Origin: Gracilinanus agilis
Taxonomy: Eukaryota
Length of the DNA stretch: 64,000 nt
Reading direction: 5' to 3'
Assembly: GCF_016433145.1 (NCBI RefSeq)
Contig: NC_058133.1
Coordinates: 191,222,385-191,286,384, forward strand
The notes below the pieces were generated by a model. It did no database searches and was not told the DNA's origin. It saw only the letters and a program-made list of their open reading frames with translations. Below, one piece after another: positions 60,899 to 64,000 of this stretch. The translations under genes were made by a program, and so were the position numbers. Positions within the stretch are counted from its first letter, which is position 1. Each line of letters starts with the position of its first letter.

Positions 60899-62260
60899 TA
60901 GCATGACAAAAAAATAATGCTCTAAGTGAGACAATGGTATTTTTCAGGTTTTTTCATCAAAGTACATGGCAAAAGTATTTCCTTTCTTCACATAATAGCT
61001 TTTATCCAATCTGCTCATCTGAGTTTATGCATTATCCTCCTTCCTCAATTTTTAAGGTAACTGTCATGAGTCATGTGATTGTGAGACACTGAGTCTTCCA
61101 TGTGCCACTTTCTCTTGTCTAGGTGTTACAGCTATATTCTACTTTTAAAACGATCTTCCTGTGGAAAAGGTCAGTTTGGGGACCATTTGAGACAAATTTG
61201 CTTCAGAAAGGTGGAATAAAGTTGCAGAAATAAAAAGAAAAGAATTACTTATGACAATGAGGAAAAGTGTGATACTAAGAATGATCTGAGATTTAGATGA
61301 AATGAGAAAATAAGAACCACTTACTCAGGATACCTCAAACTGTGTGCCAAATCCTATTTCCATAACACATTAGCTTGAAAACTTTGGAGAAACTGCCATA
61401 TTTTAAAGACCTAAAATTTTCATCTTTCTTCCTTTCTGGAATTGCTTATATTGTCATGACCCTTGTGATATCAGCTTCCATCTGAGAACCTGGAGGTCAA
61501 ATTCACTGGCTCCCTGGAGCAATATATTTATATGCAATGGGGCACTTAAGAGGACCTGGAATCAATTTATTGTCTTTTCACTTGTGATCTGTACATTTTT
61601 AGTTATGTCATTTCACCAAAGAGCCAATTTGGTATACTGCGTAGGGCAACAATCTTTTAAGTATGAAAACTTAGGTTCAGAGTCCATTTCAGACATTTCT
61701 ACATTTTTTATTTGCTGTTCCATATACCCTTACTAATTATTATTTTTATTGCATTATGATCTGAAAAGATTGCATTTATTATTTCTACTTTTTTGCATTT
61801 GTTTGCAATGTTTTCATGCCCTAGTACATGATCAATCTTTGTGAATGTACCATGTGCTGCTGGAAAGAAGATGTATTTTTTTGTCCCTATTTATTTTTCT
61901 CCATATATCTATTAACTCTAATTTTTATAAGATTTCATTCAAATCTCTTACCTCTTTCTTATTTTTTTTGGTTTGATTTTTCTAGATCTGATGGAGGAAG
62001 GTTCAGGTCTTCCACTAGTATAGTTTTATTATCTATTTCTTCCTTAAGCTCCAAAAGTTTCTCCTTTAAAAATTTGAACACTATATCATTTGGTGCATAC
62101 ATGTTGAGTGCTGCTATTTCCTCATTGTCTATTCTGCCTTTTATCTGGATGTAATTAATGCCCCTATCTCTTTTAATCAAATTTATTTTTACTTTTGCTT
62201 TGTCAGATATGATGATTATGACTCTTGCCTTCTTTTTTTCAGGTGATGCCCAGTAGATTT

Positions 62261-62460
62261 ATTTTTTTAACCCTTACCTTCCATCTGAGAATCAATACTA
62301 TGTATTGGTTCCAAGGCAGAAGAGCAGTAAGGGCTAGGCAATGGGGGGTCAAATAACTTGCCCAGGGTCACATAGCTGGGAAGTATCTGAGGCCAGATTT
62401 AAAACTAGGACCTCCCATATCTCAGCCTGGCTCTCAATCCACTGAGCTACCCTGACGCCC
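62261..62460 (-). mobile_element. SINE1_Mdo-like SINE
   Basis: TSD GCCCAGTAGATTT at 62248-62260 and 62457-62469. Confidence 0.93.
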
Positions 62461-62526
62461 AGTAGATTTTGCTTCAGCCTTTTACCTTTACCCTGTGTGT
62501 GTCTACCTGCCTTGTGTGTGTTTCTT

Positions 62527-63921
62527 TTTTTTAATATTCATTTTTTAGAAAAGTTAACATGGTTACATGATTTATGCTCTTACTTTCCCCTTCACCCCCA
62601 ACCTTCCCTCCCCACCCCCCGTAGCCATTGCACATTTCCACTGATTTTAACATGTGTCATTGATCAAGACCTATTTCCAAATTGTTGATAGTTGCATTAG
62701 AGTGGTAGTTTCAAGTCTACATCCCCAATCTCGTCTGCCTCAAGCCATGTGTTCAAACAGTTGCTTTTCTTCTGTGTTTCCACTCCTGCAGTTCTTCCTC
62801 TGGATGTGGATAGCATTCTTTTCCATAAATCCCTCAGAATTGTCCTGGGTCATTGTATTGCTGCTAGTATAGAAGTCCATTACATTCTTTTTTACCACAG
62901 TGCATTGGTCTCTGTGTACAGTGTTCTTCTGGCTCTGCTCCTTTCACTCTGCATCAATTCCTGGAAGTCTTTCCAGTTCACATGGAATTCTTCCAGTTTA
63001 TTATTCCTTTTAGCACAATAGTATTTCTTCACCAGCATATACCACAATTTGGTAAGCCATTCCCCAATTGAAGGGCATACACTCATTTTCCAGTTTTTTG
63101 CCACCACAAAAAGCATGGCTATAAATATTTTTGTACAAGTCTGTTTATTTATGATCTCTTTGGGGTACAACCTCAACAATGGTATGGCTGGATCAAAGGG
63201 CAGGCATTTTTTATAGCTCTTTGGGCATAGTTCCAAATTGCCAGCCAGAATGGTTGGATCAGTTCACAATTCCACCAGCAATGCATCAATGTCCCAATTT
63301 GGCCACATCCCCTCCAACATTCATTGCTCTCCCCTTCTCTCATTTTAGCCAATCTGCTAGGTGGGAGGTGATATCTCAGAGTTGTTTTGATGTGCATTTC
63401 TCTGATTATTAGAGATTTAGAACACTTTCTCATGTGCTTATTGATACTTTTGCTTTCTTTATCTGAAAATTGTCTATTCATGTCCCTTGCCCATTTATCA
63501 ATTGGGGAATGGCTTGATTTTTTTATACAATTGATTTAACTCCTTGTATATTTCAGTAATTAGACCCCTGTCAGAGTTTTTTGTTATAAATATTTTTTCC
63601 CAGTTTGTTGTTTCCCTTCTGATTTTGGGTTGTATTGTTTTGGTTTGTACAAAAGCTTTTTAGCTTAATACAATCAAAACCATTTAATTTACATTTTGTA
63701 ATTTTCTCTAACGCTTGCTTGGTTTTAAAATCTTTCCTTTCCCAGAGATCTGACAACTATACTATTCTGTGTTCACTTATTTATAGTTTCCCTGTTATGG
63801 GGTCCCTTCGTTCTTCTAGATTTGTTTTTATGTCTTCTTGAGGAGTCCTCTATGTGTGGTTTAGGAGAGGTTAAGCAAGCTGCTTCTACTCTGCTGCCAT
63901 CTTAAACTGGAAGTGTCTTTA
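62527..63921 (-). mobile_element. Internally deleted L1 (about 130 bp 5' end plus about 1.27 kb 3' end)
   Basis: 12-bp TSD TGTGTGTTTCTT (62515-62526, 63922-63933); junction on AGGG microhomology at 63790-63793. Confidence 0.92.
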
Positions 63922-64000
63922 TGTGTGTTTCTTGTAAACAACATATGGTAGGATTTTGGTTTCTAATCTGCTCTTCTATTTGCTTCCGTTTTATGGGTGA

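Larger units (their letters stand above)
61710..64000 (-). mobile_element. Old L1 endonuclease-region fragment hosting a SINE and a younger L1
   Basis: ORF 61959-62180 (IKGRIDNEEI..LNMYAPN); colinear continuation at 63922-64000. Confidence 0.88.

Noticed and set aside
339-63021. Recurrent ORFs antisense to the L1 3' end (339-671, 11518-11847, 52001-52330, 62749-63021) with similar peptides
   Set aside because: The similarity simply reflects copies of one L1 family; starts are non-ATG or variable and there is no independent coding evidence.

Overview
Mammalian, almost certainly didelphid marsupial (opossum-type tRNA-derived SINE1/2_Mdo-like SINEs, MAR1-like SINE, marsupial-type L1s), genomic DNA from a keratin-associated protein (KRTAP) cluster. 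Five intronless ultra-high-sulfur KRTAP genes lie on the minus strand in the order A-B-B-B-A (CDS 5632-6021, 24858-25406, 33139-33645, 44466-45014, 60326-60769). The B genes are clearly KRTAP4-type. The A genes appear to join a KRTAP2-like N-terminus to a KRTAP4-like body, and both are broken by assembly gaps at the same nucleotide. Each gene has a TATA box, a shared upstream AATAACAAGGAAATA-type motif and an AATAAA signal. Most of the remaining sequence is transposon-derived: one full-length but dead L1 with nested insertions, many L1 fragments, L2, L3, SINEs with target-site duplications (TSDs), four hAT MITEs and solo LTRs. There is no CRISPR array, rRNA, true tRNA or intact retroelement ORF. 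I found no proof of a wholly new biological system. The strongest leads are: (i) KRTAP2/4-like hybrid genes; (ii) an antisense SINE in a KRTAP 3' UTR with a terminator-free Pol III path across the whole CDS; (iii) patchwork gene conversion; (iv) paralog footprints with RORE-like, D-box, M-box and LEF1 motifs; (v) several L1s that keep their 5' end but lack the interior. Repeat family names and the human KRTAP comparisons come from recall, not database searches. Repeat boundaries without a TSD are approximate.
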